Shown in pieces: positions 39,565-49,245 of a stretch of DNA of 50,121 nt. Under the pieces are notes generated by a model, which was not told the origin of the DNA, did no database searches, and was given only the letters and a program-made list of their open reading frames with translations. The stretch comes from Promethearchaeota archaeon. Lineage in GTDB: Archaea; Asgardarchaeota; Lokiarchaeia; Sigyniarchaeales; SOKP01. The position numbers were made by a program, and so were the translations under genes. Location of the stretch: positions 1-50,121 of the forward strand of contig JAEOTP010000048.1 in the NCBI GenBank assembly GCA_016839765.1, written 5' to 3'. The stretch's first letter is position 1. Each line of letters starts with the position of its first letter.

Positions 39565-40743
39565 TTACTTTTGTTTAGATAAGTATCTTATTTTAACTAA
39601 TAAATCACGTAATTCCATTTTGTCGTTTTCCGCGGTGATGTATTTCTTTTTTATTCCCTCAGAAAGAGGTACATCTTTAATTTGATTTCCTTGTAATGAG
39701 ACCATATTTCCAAATTTGCCTTCTAATACCATTTTCATAGCTGCTAATCCAAATCTTAGACCTAATATTCTATCAAATGAATTTGGAGTCCCAGCACGCA
39801 TAGTATGACCAAGAACTACACTTCTACATTCGAATTCAACTCCATTTTTTTTAAATTCTTTTTTTAAATTCTCTCGTAAATTTAATTCATTAACAATTAT
39901 TTGAGACATACCTAATTTAGCTAATAATGGATTACCAAATGTATCTTTGGGTAATTTTTCAATAGTTTCTTTAGAAATTGTTTTAAAATCTCTCTCTAGT
40001 GACTTTAGGTTAGGGTATGCTCCTTCTGATATTACAATAATATGATATTTATAGCCAGCATTGGCTCTTTTTTTAAGTACATCAATAATATCTTTCTCAA
40101 AATCAAATGGAGTCTCTGGGATTAAAATAATATCAGCGCCAGCCGAGATTCCACTATACATGGTAAGAAAGCCGGCATCCCTGCCCATTATTTCAACTAC
40201 AAATACCCTTTGATGAGAATGTGCAGTTGTTGTTAGATTATCTAGTGTATTAGAAGCTAATTGTACAGCACTCCAAAATCCAAATGTATAATGTGTTCCA
40301 AGAAGGTCATTGTCTATAGTTTTTGGAACGCCTACTACCTTTGCTTTAGCAAATATGTGCAAAGAATCCGCAACCCCTAATGTATCGTCTTCAGTTTAAA
40401 ATAGAAACTATTTTAAAACTCCACCGATAGCTATTAGGGCATCAATACCTAATTCATTAAACTTTCCTGCTAATTCTTTTGCTGTTTCTTCTTTTGAAGT
40501 GATTCCTTTAAAAGGATTTGTTCTACTTGTATAGAGAATTGTTCCTCCTACCGTATGTAAGTCATCATGTTCGGCGATATTAAGAGGGATTGTATCATTA
40601 TCTAAAAATCCTTTCCAGCCCTTAAGAATTCCTACACATTCTACTCCAGCATCATAAGCTTTTAACATAATTCCGTAAATAACAGAATTCAGGCCAGGGC
40701 AATCTCCTCCACCAGTTAAAATACCTATTTTTTTAATAACCAT
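39565..40743 (-). CDS. pfp: PfkA-family phosphofructokinase, probably PPi-dependent; two exons (40743-40419 and 40388-39565), 382 aa after removing a 30-nt insert
   Basis: Exon 1 has GGDCPGLN, GGTILYTSR and LIAIGG. Exon 2 has DDTLGVA, PKTIDND, EIMGR and LGHTMRAG. Both halves share one frame, and GGDD plus PKTIDND is the PPi-type signature. Confidence 0.85.
40389..40418 (-). other. Candidate 30-nt BHB-type mRNA intron in the phosphofructokinase gene
   Basis: Minus strand reads GGAG|TTTTAAAATAGTTTCTATTTTAAACTGAAG|ACGAT. It has in-frame TAG and TAA, a 10-bp internal stem, two 3-nt bulges and exon-exon pairing. Removal restores GGDDT. Confidence 0.75.
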
Positions 40744-40823
40744 TCTAATTCACATTATGATTAGTTGATTTTATTATATTGCCATTTTATATTAAAAACT
40801 TATCATTGAGTTTAAAGGAGATT

Positions 40824-41393
40824 TTAATCTAATTCCTTACTTTCAAGTTTTTCAAAACTATAGTTTGATTTATCAATTGGAATGATATAACTCCCTCCAC
40901 CATTATCAGTTAATATTAATGTGAATTTCAATTTTCCGTTAAGTGCTTTTTTAATATCCTCTAAAATTTGATTTACTTCCTCAAATTCAGGATCATCTTT
41001 CTCTAGATTATTTTTATATATTGAAACAGCACTTTCGAATCGATATAAAATTCCTTCAACATTAGTATAATAGAACTCAGCATTAGGTCCTGGTTGTACA
41101 GATAATTCTAACTCGGGTATCTCTAATTTTCCAGTGGGAGATCGATAAATTTTTGATTTAAGATCTTCTTCGTTTAAAATTTTTAAAGTTATAATTCCAG
41201 GATCAAAATTAGTAGTTAAAGGAATAATATCATTTTTAGAAAAATTACATTCATCGCAATCAAATTTGATAATAAGCATTTTATCCTTATCAGGTAAGTC
41301 GTAAACTGTTTTTTGTATATTAACATTTCCTTTAGAACATGCGGGACATTTAAACGAGAATAGTTCTTCTGAATCCTTGGCTTTTTGAGACAT
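40824..41393 (-). CDS. ZPR1-like zinc-finger protein
   Basis: CPAC..CDEC, IPELELSVQPG and TNVEG. Confidence 0.9.
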   Translation of the reverse strand: MSQKAKDSEELFSFKCPACSKGNVNIQKTVYDLPDKDKMLIIKFDCDECNFSKNDIIPLTTNFDPGIITLKILNEEDLKSKIYRSPTGKLEIPELELSVQPGPNAEFYYTNVEGILYRFESAVSIYKNNLEKDDPEFEEVNQILEDIKKALNGKLKFTLILTDNGGGSYIIPIDKSNYSFEKLESKELD

Positions 41394-41692
41394 TTTTTTG
41401 AGAAATTTTTAATATTTTTGATGGAATTAAAAAATTTTAATAATTAAATAATAATAGTTAGGGAAAGTTTTATTTTTCCTAGTAATACTTTAAAAAAGGG
41501 TTCATACCTTATTAAACAGCCTACTTATAAATTTATTCCAGAAATTTTTAATGTATTGCAGATTAATTTAGTCTTAACAGTACAAATTGAATTAATTTTA
41601 AAAGACAACTAATAAATATAACTTTATACGCTTTTATTGGTTGTATTCTTATTTGTTATTGTAAAAAATAATCAAGATTTAGCTGATATAAC

Positions 41693-42268
41693 TTGACTGA
41701 TGATAATATAATAGAAATTACGTTTCACGGGCGAGGAGGCCAAACGGCTATCACTGCCAGTCAATTATTGGCAGAATTAGCTTATGAAAAAGGCTTTAAA
41801 GATGCTATTGCTATTCCAATTATTGGAGCTGAAAGAAGAGGTGCTCCAATACAAGCTTTTACTAAATTATCTAAAGATAGACTTATAAAAACTTACGATA
41901 GCGTTGTTAATCCCCACTTCATACTTATTTTTGACACCTCACTATTAGATATACCAAGAGTTCAGGATACTATTAAAGATGGTGTTACACTTGTAGTAAA
42001 TAGTAAAGATCCATTTGATACAAGCAAATTTGGAAAAATTATTAAACTATATATTATAGATGCTACGGGAATTTGCATTAAGAGAGAATTTATGCACGCA
42101 AGTGGTCCGATATTAAATATTCCCATGTTAGGTGCATTTGGAAAAATAACTGGCTATTATGATCTTGAAATTATGGAAAAAGTTATAAAAAAACAATTTG
42201 GTGCAAAGAGATTAGAAAAAAATATGATGGTTGCGAAAGATGCGTATGAATCTGTAAAGGAGGGATAA
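41693..42268 (+). CDS. porG: Pyruvate/2-oxoacid:ferredoxin oxidoreductase gamma subunit
   Basis: [14 protein letters not shown] and NIPMLGA. Confidence 0.92.
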   Translation: MTDDNIIEITFHGRGGQTAITASQLLAELAYEKGFKDAIAIPIIGAERRGAPIQAFTKLSKDRLIKTYDSVVNPHFILIFDTSLLDIPRVQDTIKDGVTLVVNSKDPFDTSKFGKIIKLYIIDATGICIKREFMHASGPILNIPMLGAFGKITGYYDLEIMEKVIKKQFGAKRLEKNMMVAKDAYESVKEG

Positions 42269-42270
42269 AT

Positions 42271-42624
42271 TTGGCAGAAATTAAATCAGAAAAATGGAAA
42301 AAAATTAATAAATCTAAAAAGGAACGACCAGAAATTCAAGAATATAAAGATTGGGAAGAATTATCTCCCATTCCAATATCATTACCAATTAAAGGGAGTA
42401 TGGGTGAAACTGGTGATTGGAGAACCTTTAGGCCAGTTATTAAGGAAGATTGTAATAAATGTGGAATTTGTTGGATGTATTGTCCTGAAGGAGTAATAAT
42501 AAGGAAAGAAGACGGTTCTTTTGAAATAGATTTAAAATATTGTAAAGGGTGCGGGATTTGTGCTAAAGAATGCCCCACGAATAATATAGAAATGTTAAGA
42601 GAAAGTGATATAAAAGATGGTTGA
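42271..42624 (+). CDS. porD: Pyruvate/2-oxoacid:ferredoxin oxidoreductase delta subunit (2x[4Fe-4S])
   Basis: [21 protein letters not shown] and [13 protein letters not shown]. Confidence 0.93.
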   Translation: MAEIKSEKWKKINKSKKERPEIQEYKDWEELSPIPISLPIKGSMGETGDWRTFRPVIKEDCNKCGICWMYCPEGVIIRKEDGSFEIDLKYCKGCGICAKECPTNNIEMLRESDIKDG

Positions 42625-43873
42625 AACTCCAAAAGATTTTATTCAGAAGGAAGAAAATGTCATTATTAAAGGAAATGTTGCAGCTGCTTATGCTGCAAAA
42701 TCTGCAAGGGTTCAGGTTATTAGTGCGTATCCAATTACTCCTCAAACTACTGTAGTTGAAAAGTTATCTGAATTTGCTGATAATGGTGAGATGCCCGGAA
42801 CTCAATATATTAAAGTTGAATCTGAACACAGTGTTCTCGCATCCATCATAGGTGCAAGTAAAGCTGGAACTCGAACTTTTACAGCCACTTCTGGGCAAGG
42901 TTTGTTTTATATGCATGAAATGCTGCATTGGGCTGCAGGTGCTCGACTTCCGATTGTTATGGCAATAGCATCACGAGGTCCTGCTCCACCATGGAATATA
43001 TGGGCTGATTTTACTGATGTACTAAGTCAGCGCGACACAGGATGGATGAGCGCCTTTTGTTCTTCACATCAAGAAATCTATGATGAAATTCTAATGTCAT
43101 ACAAGGTATGTGAAGATCATAACATTTTGCTTCCGAAATTTGTAGCTTATGGTGGTTTTATTTTATCCCATACATCAAAACCCGTAATTATTGAAGACCA
43201 AGATAAAGTTGATAACTTTTTACCTCCATTGCTAGATGAAGAGGGTTGGCCTCATATTTGGATGGATCCAAAAAGACCAATGATGTTTGGAAACCTTATT
43301 ATGCCTTCGGGATTTTATCAAGAATTTCGATTAAAAATACACGATGCTCATATCAGAGCAAAAGAGAAAATAATAAAAGCTGCACAAGAATTTAAACAGT
43401 TATTTGGAAGGGGTTATGGTAATGGATTAATTCAGGAATATAAAATGGATGATGCTGAAGTTGGAATGATAATTTATGGAGATTTAGCACTTCAAATGGA
43501 AGATGCTGTTGATTATGTAAGAGAAGAAGGTTATAAAGTCGGTATGGTAAAGTTAAGACACTTCAGACCTTTTCCAACAGAAGATATAATTGGAGTTGCT
43601 AAAAAGGTTAAATTGCTTGGAGTGGTTGATAGAGCTACTGCTTTTGGATCACAAACAGGTGGTCCAGTTAGCTGTGAAGTAAAAGCAGCTTTACATGGAA
43701 CTAAAGATACAGCCAATATTTTACCCATTATTAATGGCTTAGGAGGTAGAGAAGTCACTTTAGAACAACAAAAAAATCAATTAAGAAAATTAGTTAAATT
43801 TAACGAAACTGGAGAGGTTCCGAAAGATACTATCCATGGAACTCTCTGGGATTGTTTATTGGAGGTTAAATAA
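42617..43873 (+). CDS. porA: Pyruvate/2-oxoacid:ferredoxin oxidoreductase alpha subunit
   Basis: [19 protein letters not shown] and FRPFP. Confidence 0.93.
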   Translation: MVETPKDFIQKEENVIIKGNVAAAYAAKSARVQVISAYPITPQTTVVEKLSEFADNGEMPGTQYIKVESEHSVLASIIGASKAGTRTFTATSGQGLFYMHEMLHWAAGARLPIVMAIASRGPAPPWNIWADFTDVLSQRDTGWMSAFCSSHQEIYDEILMSYKVCEDHNILLPKFVAYGGFILSHTSKPVIIEDQDKVDNFLPPLLDEEGWPHIWMDPKRPMMFGNLIMPSGFYQEFRLKIHDAHIRAKEKIIKAAQEFKQLFGRGYGNGLIQEYKMDDAEVGMIIYGDLALQMEDAVDYVREEGYKVGMVKLRHFRPFPTEDIIGVAKKVKLLGVVDRATAFGSQTGGPVSCEVKAALHGTKDTANILPIINGLGGREVTLEQQKNQLRKLVKFNETGEVPKDTIHGTLWDCLLEVK

Positions 43874-43877
43874 TAAT

Positions 43878-44819
43878 ATGGTTAAATTAAAAGAGGCTTT
43901 AGAAAGTTGTCAAGAAGAATATTTTCTTCCTGGAAATTCATGCTGTGCTGGTTGTGGTTTGGAAATCGCTCTTAGATGGGCAATGAAAGCTTTAGGTCCT
44001 AAAACTGCTCTAGTTACTCCTGCATCTTGTCTTAATGTTGTTGTTGGACTATGGCCTAAAACAGCCCCTAATTTTCCATTCACTAATATGGCTTTTGCTG
44101 CTGGAGCTGCTGCAGCTACGGGTATGTCTGCGGCTTTTAAAGCCAAAGCTTATAGATTCCCCGGAAGAGGATGGGATGAAATTACAGCAATTACTTTTGC
44201 GGGAGATGGTGGAACTGCTGATATTGGAATTCAAGGTTTAAGCGGAGCAGCAGAAAGAAATTCTGATCAAATTTATGTATGTTATGATAATGAAGCATAC
44301 ATGAATACAGGAATTCAAAGATCTTCGAGTACACCGCATGGTGCGTGGACAAGCACAACCACAAAAGGGAAAGACCGTTTTAAGAAGAATCTTCCCGCAA
44401 TTATGGCGGCTCATGATATACCTTATGTAGCGACTTGTTCTATCAGTGAACCCCTTGATCTATATGAAAAATTCAAGAAGGCTAAGTCTATTAAAGGCTG
44501 TAAATATATTCATATCCTAGCTCCCTGCGCACCTGGATGGGGATTTGGATCGGATGAAACAATAGAGATCGCAAGATTAGCTGTTAAAACAGGTTCATGG
44601 ATTCTATATGAGGTTGAAAGCGGTATTATGACTTTATCAAAAGCTAGTAGGACATTATTAGATCCTTCTAAGAGAATACCACTTATAGAATATCTTTCCA
44701 GACAAAAAAGATTCGCGAGCATTTCAGAAAAAGATTTAATCGAACTCCAAGAGTATTTAGATCATACTTGGAAACGCATTGAAGTTGATTTAAGTTGTCA
44801 AGATAATTATCCAAAATAG
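43878..44819 (+). CDS. porB: Pyruvate/2-oxoacid:ferredoxin oxidoreductase beta subunit
   Basis: CAGCG, TPP motif GDGGTADIG and YDNEAYMNTGIQRS. The ATG at 43878 is preceded by GGAGG. Confidence 0.93.
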   Translation: MVKLKEALESCQEEYFLPGNSCCAGCGLEIALRWAMKALGPKTALVTPASCLNVVVGLWPKTAPNFPFTNMAFAAGAAAATGMSAAFKAKAYRFPGRGWDEITAITFAGDGGTADIGIQGLSGAAERNSDQIYVCYDNEAYMNTGIQRSSSTPHGAWTSTTTKGKDRFKKNLPAIMAAHDIPYVATCSISEPLDLYEKFKKAKSIKGCKYIHILAPCAPGWGFGSDETIEIARLAVKTGSWILYEVESGIMTLSKASRTLLDPSKRIPLIEYLSRQKRFASISEKDLIELQEYLDHTWKRIEVDLSCQDNYPK

Positions 44820-44866
44820 TTATTATCTTCATTTTTATTCAATAAAAATATATTTTTTGAACTTAG

Positions 44867-45541
44867 ATGGGATTTTTAATTAAGCTTAAAGGGAAGAAGT
44901 TAGAGGAAATTAAACCTTATCTGGAAATAGCGGTTGATAATATTATTGAGGGTAAAATTATTGCTTTTCCAACCGATTCTGTTTATGGTATGGGAGGAGA
45001 CCCTCAAAATCTTAACCTAATTGACAGGATTTATAATATCAAATTTCGAGATCGCTCAAAAGGTTTATTATTACTTGTATCTGATATTGAAGAAGCTAAT
45101 AAAGTCGCTGAATTTAATGGACTAGCAAGGAGTTTAGCGAAAAAATTTTGGCCAGGTTTATTAACTTTAATTCTAAAAAGAAAAGAGCCAAATATTATCC
45201 CTCAAGAAGTTACCGCTTATAAAGATACTATAGGATTAAGAATTCCTAAAAATGAAATTATATTGAATATTTTAAAAATTTTAAAATCAAGAGGTTTTTT
45301 TGGAGGAATCATAGGCACGTCAGCAAATTATTCAGGAGAACCTCCTTCTATTAGTGGAGATGAAATAGCTAAAAAATTTTTAAGTCCAATCGACTTAATA
45401 ATTGATGGTGGTAGGTCAAAATCAAAATTACCTACAACAATAATCGATTGTACAACTAAAAAACCGGAATTTGTACGTATTGGAAATCTCAAAGAAGAGG
45501 ACTTACAAGATATCTTAATGATTGAAAATAAGGGGTCATAA
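44867..45541 (+). CDS. tsaC: Threonylcarbamoyl-AMP synthase (short TsaC/YrdC type)
   Basis: AFPTDSVYG, IKFR, FWPG and GTSANYSG; no C-terminal SUA5 domain. Confidence 0.9.
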   Translation: MGFLIKLKGKKLEEIKPYLEIAVDNIIEGKIIAFPTDSVYGMGGDPQNLNLIDRIYNIKFRDRSKGLLLLVSDIEEANKVAEFNGLARSLAKKFWPGLLTLILKRKEPNIIPQEVTAYKDTIGLRIPKNEIILNILKILKSRGFFGGIIGTSANYSGEPPSISGDEIAKKFLSPIDLIIDGGRSKSKLPTTIIDCTTKKPEFVRIGNLKEEDLQDILMIENKGS

Positions 45542-45542
45542 A

Positions 45543-46070
45543 TTGAATAATTTCAATTTATTAGTATCAACATCACGATTTAATGAAGATAATGCGAAAG
45601 CAGAAATATGGTTTACATTATTAACTTGTGGAGATCGATATTCAATAATTTCTAATTTAGATTTTTCAGGATTAATAGCGGTTGTAACTACATTAAACCA
45701 TAGAAATGTAATTTCAAAAATTAAAAGCATTTTAATCAAGGATCCAAATTTTTTTCAATATATCCTTAAAATTATTCCAATCGATTATGTATGTCAAACA
45801 AATATTAATACTATAAAAATTATAATTCAAAATCATTATCGAGATTACATTCATAGTGATGAATCTTTTATGATTGAATTAAATCGCCGCAAGAATGATC
45901 TGGTAGATAGAGATAGTTTTATTGAAAATATTGCTAAATTTATTGATAATAAGGTTAATTTAGAGCATCCAGATAAAATCATTAGAATAGAAATATTAAG
46001 AAATGTGACTGGAATTTCATTTTTACAGCAAGATGATGTTATAAAAACAAATGCAAGTATTCAGACTTAA
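45543..46070 (+). CDS. THUMP domain protein (Tan1-like)
   Basis: FNLLVST, ILKIIPID and KVNLEHPDKIIRIEI. TTG at 45543 preferred as start. Confidence 0.85.
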   Translation: MNNFNLLVSTSRFNEDNAKAEIWFTLLTCGDRYSIISNLDFSGLIAVVTTLNHRNVISKIKSILIKDPNFFQYILKIIPIDYVCQTNINTIKIIIQNHYRDYIHSDESFMIELNRRKNDLVDRDSFIENIAKFIDNKVNLEHPDKIIRIEILRNVTGISFLQQDDVIKTNASIQT

Positions 46071-46714
46071 TCAAGAATAACTCTCTCCAAACTTAATAGG
46101 GTCATTTTTTCACATATTAAATCATTTAAAGCTAGGTAAAGAACAGGGATATCTTTATCTCTTATTTTAGCATTTAGTTTAGAATTATAAGAGTTTAATA
46201 TAGAATGTATTTGATTATCAGAAATATTAAAGTATCTCTTAACCATTTCATACTTTTTGAGAGAATAGTTATCTATGGTTAATTTTAGCCTATTTGCTTT
46301 AAGTGATTTTTCAATCTCACAATTTATTAGATCTAAGTTATCTTTTGATGAAATCATACATGAATTGATCAAACCTGTATTAAATTGTTCTTCATTTATC
46401 CCAAAATCTTGTATCGCTATTTTGATCTGTCTATTAGTGGCTAAGTATAACAAGAATTCTATATTTTTTTTGTTTGAAATATTATTATTATTTAAAAAAG
46501 CTTTCTGTAAGAAATAGCATGCATTAAATACATGTTCACTATTTAGAACATGCTTATTATTAAAAATTTGTATTATAAAATCATTGTTTTTATTTTCTTC
46601 AATGATTCTAAAAAATCGAGTTAAGTTAAATAATTTAGGATCAATTTTCATTTGATTAATTCCTACATAAAAAGTTATATCTCTTTCTTTAATTTCAAAC
46701 TTTTTAATGATCAT
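46067..46714 (-). CDS. cgi121: KEOPS subunit Cgi121
   Basis: NNISNKKNIEFLLYLATNRQIKIAIQDFG is a Cgi121 signature. ATG at 46714 overlaps the ecfT stop. Confidence 0.85.
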   Translation of the reverse strand: MIIKKFEIKERDITFYVGINQMKIDPKLFNLTRFFRIIEENKNNDFIIQIFNNKHVLNSEHVFNACYFLQKAFLNNNNISNKKNIEFLLYLATNRQIKIAIQDFGINEEQFNTGLINSCMISSKDNLDLINCEIEKSLKANRLKLTIDNYSLKKYEMVKRYFNISDNQIHSILNSYNSKLNAKIRDKDIPVLYLALNDLICEKMTLLSLERVILD

Positions 46715-47487
46715 ATTGGAAAACTCCAAGCGAACCATTCCGGCATAAAATTGAATTGAATTCTAATATATATTAATAGAATTAGGAAAAATAGTAAAAA
46801 AATTGAAACAACCCAATCTTTTAATGAAAATTTAATGGTAAAATAAAAGCTTCGCTTTTTTTTACTTCCGAAAGCCCTGGATTCTAATGCTTCTGCAACG
46901 TTAAAAGCTCTTTTTATTGAACTTATAATTAAAGGAACTAAAAGTGGAAATAGATTCTTAATTTGGGAGAGTATGCCTTTTTTTTGCATTTCAAAACCTC
47001 TACTTTGTTGAGCATCAATGATATTTTGGGCTTCCATTGCTATTGTTGGCACAAATCTAAAAGCTAATGAAAAGGAAAAAGCAAATTCATAGGGTATTTT
47101 CATTGAAATAAAGGATAAAGCAAGTTCATTAGGATCCACTGTCAAAAAAAATATCGAGAAAGCAGAAATCATTATAGAAATCCTTATTACCATTGAAATT
47201 GCGAATGAAAAACCTTTTTCTTCAATAAATAATGTGTTTAAAATTATAATAATTAAATAGAGAAATGATAGTCCTCGAATACTCTTTATCCACTGTTTAA
47301 ACAACTTTCCTATTAGAATTAGAGGAATTAAAGTTAAAAAAACCAAAAATAATGGTATAATTTCTGTATATAATAAAGCGTTTATAGTATAAACTATAGC
47401 AAGTAATAACTTGGTCCGTGGATCTAATTTATGTACAAAACTTTGTTTTTTTAAAAATTTAAATGCGTTGAGAAATTCTAATGACAT
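46711..47487 (-). CDS. ecfT: ECF transporter T component
   Basis: LDPRTK, RFVP, AQQSRG and ALESRAF. Confidence 0.93.
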   Translation of the reverse strand: MSLEFLNAFKFLKKQSFVHKLDPRTKLLLAIVYTINALLYTEIIPLFLVFLTLIPLILIGKLFKQWIKSIRGLSFLYLIIIILNTLFIEEKGFSFAISMVIRISIMISAFSIFFLTVDPNELALSFISMKIPYEFAFSFSLAFRFVPTIAMEAQNIIDAQQSRGFEMQKKGILSQIKNLFPLLVPLIISSIKRAFNVAEALESRAFGSKKKRSFYFTIKFSLKDWVVSIFLLFFLILLIYIRIQFNFMPEWFAWSFPI

Positions 47488-48360
47488 TTAATTATTATCC
47501 TCATCTAGTTTTATTTGTTTTAAATAACTACTGAGAAAATTAATCATGTCAGACTCTCTATAAATTTCCTCTGGAATGTCAAAACCAATATTCTTTAATT
47601 CATTTTTTAATTGATATACTTGAGGCATTATCAATGACGATTCTTTGAGCAGTATTTCATTTGATAACACATCTTTCGTTGGACCATCGGCAATAATTTT
47701 CCCTTGGGCCATTAAGACAGTTCTAGGTACATATTCTATAGTGAATTCAACATTATGGGTGACTACTACTATTGTTTTATTTTTAGTTAATTCATGGTTA
47801 ATCAAATCAATAAAAAACTTGATCTCCTTAGCATCTTGTCCTAGGGTTGGTTCATCAAATACTAAAATTCTTGGATCTCTACATATTATTGAGGCAATTG
47901 CTAATTTCTTTGATTCACCTCCTGATAAATTTAAGGGTGAACGGTCTCGATATTTTGAAAGGTTAAACTTTTCAAGAAAGGTATTAATATTTACTGTTAT
48001 TTCTTCCTTATTTAATCCGAGATTTTTTAATGAAAATTTAAGTTCATCCTCAATAGTATTAGAAAATAATTGATGCATTGGGTTTTGAAATATAATTCCT
48101 ACTCTTTTAGAGAGGGTAGCAACAGTTTTAAGGGAAATATCTTCACCTTCAATATAAATTACTCCCTTTGATGGTCTTAATAAACCATTCAATGTTCTTA
48201 TAAGTGTTGTTTTTCCTGCTCCATTTTGTCCCATAATCGCTAGAAATTCTCCTTTATCTACATTTAAGGAAATATTTTTTAAAGCGTGAGTTCCATTCGG
48301 ATAAATGAAATTAACATTTTTCATTGTTATTATTGGGAAAGTAATTATGGTCACCACCAA
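47488..48360 (-). CDS. ecfA2: ECF transporter ATPase
   Basis: GQNGAGKT, FQNP, LSGGE and DEPTLGQD. Confidence 0.92.
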   Translation of the reverse strand: MVVTIITFPIITMKNVNFIYPNGTHALKNISLNVDKGEFLAIMGQNGAGKTTLIRTLNGLLRPSKGVIYIEGEDISLKTVATLSKRVGIIFQNPMHQLFSNTIEDELKFSLKNLGLNKEEITVNINTFLEKFNLSKYRDRSPLNLSGGESKKLAIASIICRDPRILVFDEPTLGQDAKEIKFFIDLINHELTKNKTIVVVTHNVEFTIEYVPRTVLMAQGKIIADGPTKDVLSNEILLKESSLIMPQVYQLKNELKNIGFDIPEEIYRESDMINFLSSYLKQIKLDEDNN

Positions 48361-48363
48361 TTA

Positions 48364-49203
48364 TTATTTTAAATTTTTTAAAATTTCAATCGCTTCAGTA
48401 ATAGAAACAGGAATATTATTTTGAATTAAGCTTTCACTCTTTAAAGATTTGAATATAGAATAGATACGGGGCTTATTTATTTTTAATTTTTCAAAATCTT
48501 TACCATTTATGATGTATTCTTTTTTATTATGTGCGATAATTTTCCCTTCTTTCATTAATATAATTTCATCAACTAGAGGGAGGACTAAATCCATCCTGTG
48601 CTCGCTTATTATAACGGTAAGTTCTTTTTCTTCTTGAATCTTTTTTAGGAGCATAATGATTTTTTGGGCAAATAATGGATCTAAATTAGCAGTAGGTTCA
48701 TCTAAAACAATAATCTTGGGATCTAATACCAAAATCGACGCAATCGCAACTCTTTGTTGTTCTCCTCCGCTAATCTCAAACGGTGCTTTTTCAGTAATTG
48801 TTTCAATTTCTGTTAATCGTATAACATAATCCAGTTTTTTTTTAATGGCATCTCTCTCCAAGCCCAGATTTTCCATACCAAAAGCTATTTCGTGCTCTAC
48901 ATTCATTGCAATTAATTGATTTTCAGGATTTTGAAAGACTATACCTACTTCAGTGGATAAGTCTGCTATAGGAGTTTTTGTAGTATCTTTCCCTGCTACT
49001 TCTACAAATCCTTTATAATATCCAGCATAAAATTGAGGTATTAATCCATTCATACATCTAATCAAAGTGGTTTTCCCCGAACCTGTTTCCCCAGCTAATA
49101 AAATAAATTTGTTTTGATCTATCTTTAAATTAATATTATTTAAAGCATATTCTTCATTTCCTTTATAGCGAAAATAGAAGTCTTCAAACTTAATTAAACA
49201 CAT
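48364..49203 (-). CDS. ecfA1: ECF transporter ATPase
   Basis: GETGSGKT, FQNPENQ, ISGGEQQR and DEPTANLD. Confidence 0.92.
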   Translation of the reverse strand: MCLIKFEDFYFRYKGNEEYALNNINLKIDQNKFILLAGETGSGKTTLIRCMNGLIPQFYAGYYKGFVEVAGKDTTKTPIADLSTEVGIVFQNPENQLIAMNVEHEIAFGMENLGLERDAIKKKLDYVIRLTEIETITEKAPFEISGGEQQRVAIASILVLDPKIIVLDEPTANLDPLFAQKIIMLLKKIQEEKELTVIISEHRMDLVLPLVDEIILMKEGKIIAHNKKEYIINGKDFEKLKINKPRIYSIFKSLKSESLIQNNIPVSITEAIEILKNLK

Positions 49204-49245
49204 AATAGGAATGTAATGAAACTTCTTTTTGATTTATTAAGAACA

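Noticed and set aside
39565-40362. Treating ORFs 39565..40362 and 40408..40743 as two independent genes
   Set aside because: The conserved DDTLGVA segment lies upstream of the listed TTG start, and the break falls inside a catalytic motif.
40389-40418. Stop-codon readthrough (pyrrolysine/selenocysteine) or frameshifting as the explanation for the split pfk
   Set aside because: Two different in-frame stops are present (TAG and TAA), both halves are already in one frame, and readthrough would insert 10 residues into the GGDD motif.
40389-40422. Translational bypassing (T4 gene 60-like hop) over the hairpin
   Set aside because: There is no matched take-off and landing codon pair (GGA versus GAA), and the stop does not directly follow the take-off codon. 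BHB geometry explains the junction exactly. Disfavoured but not formally excluded.
40389-40425. Alternative BHB register with central helix CGGU/ACUG
   Set aside because: It would excise 31 nt, causing a frameshift, and it loses the exon-exon stem.
2519-48073. Antisense or overlapping short ORFs in the track (e.g. 2519..2893, 6337..6774, 12125..12433, 25221..25685, 31659..31976, 47645..48073)
   Set aside because: They are shadows of well-supported genes on the opposite strand or in another frame and have no motifs.
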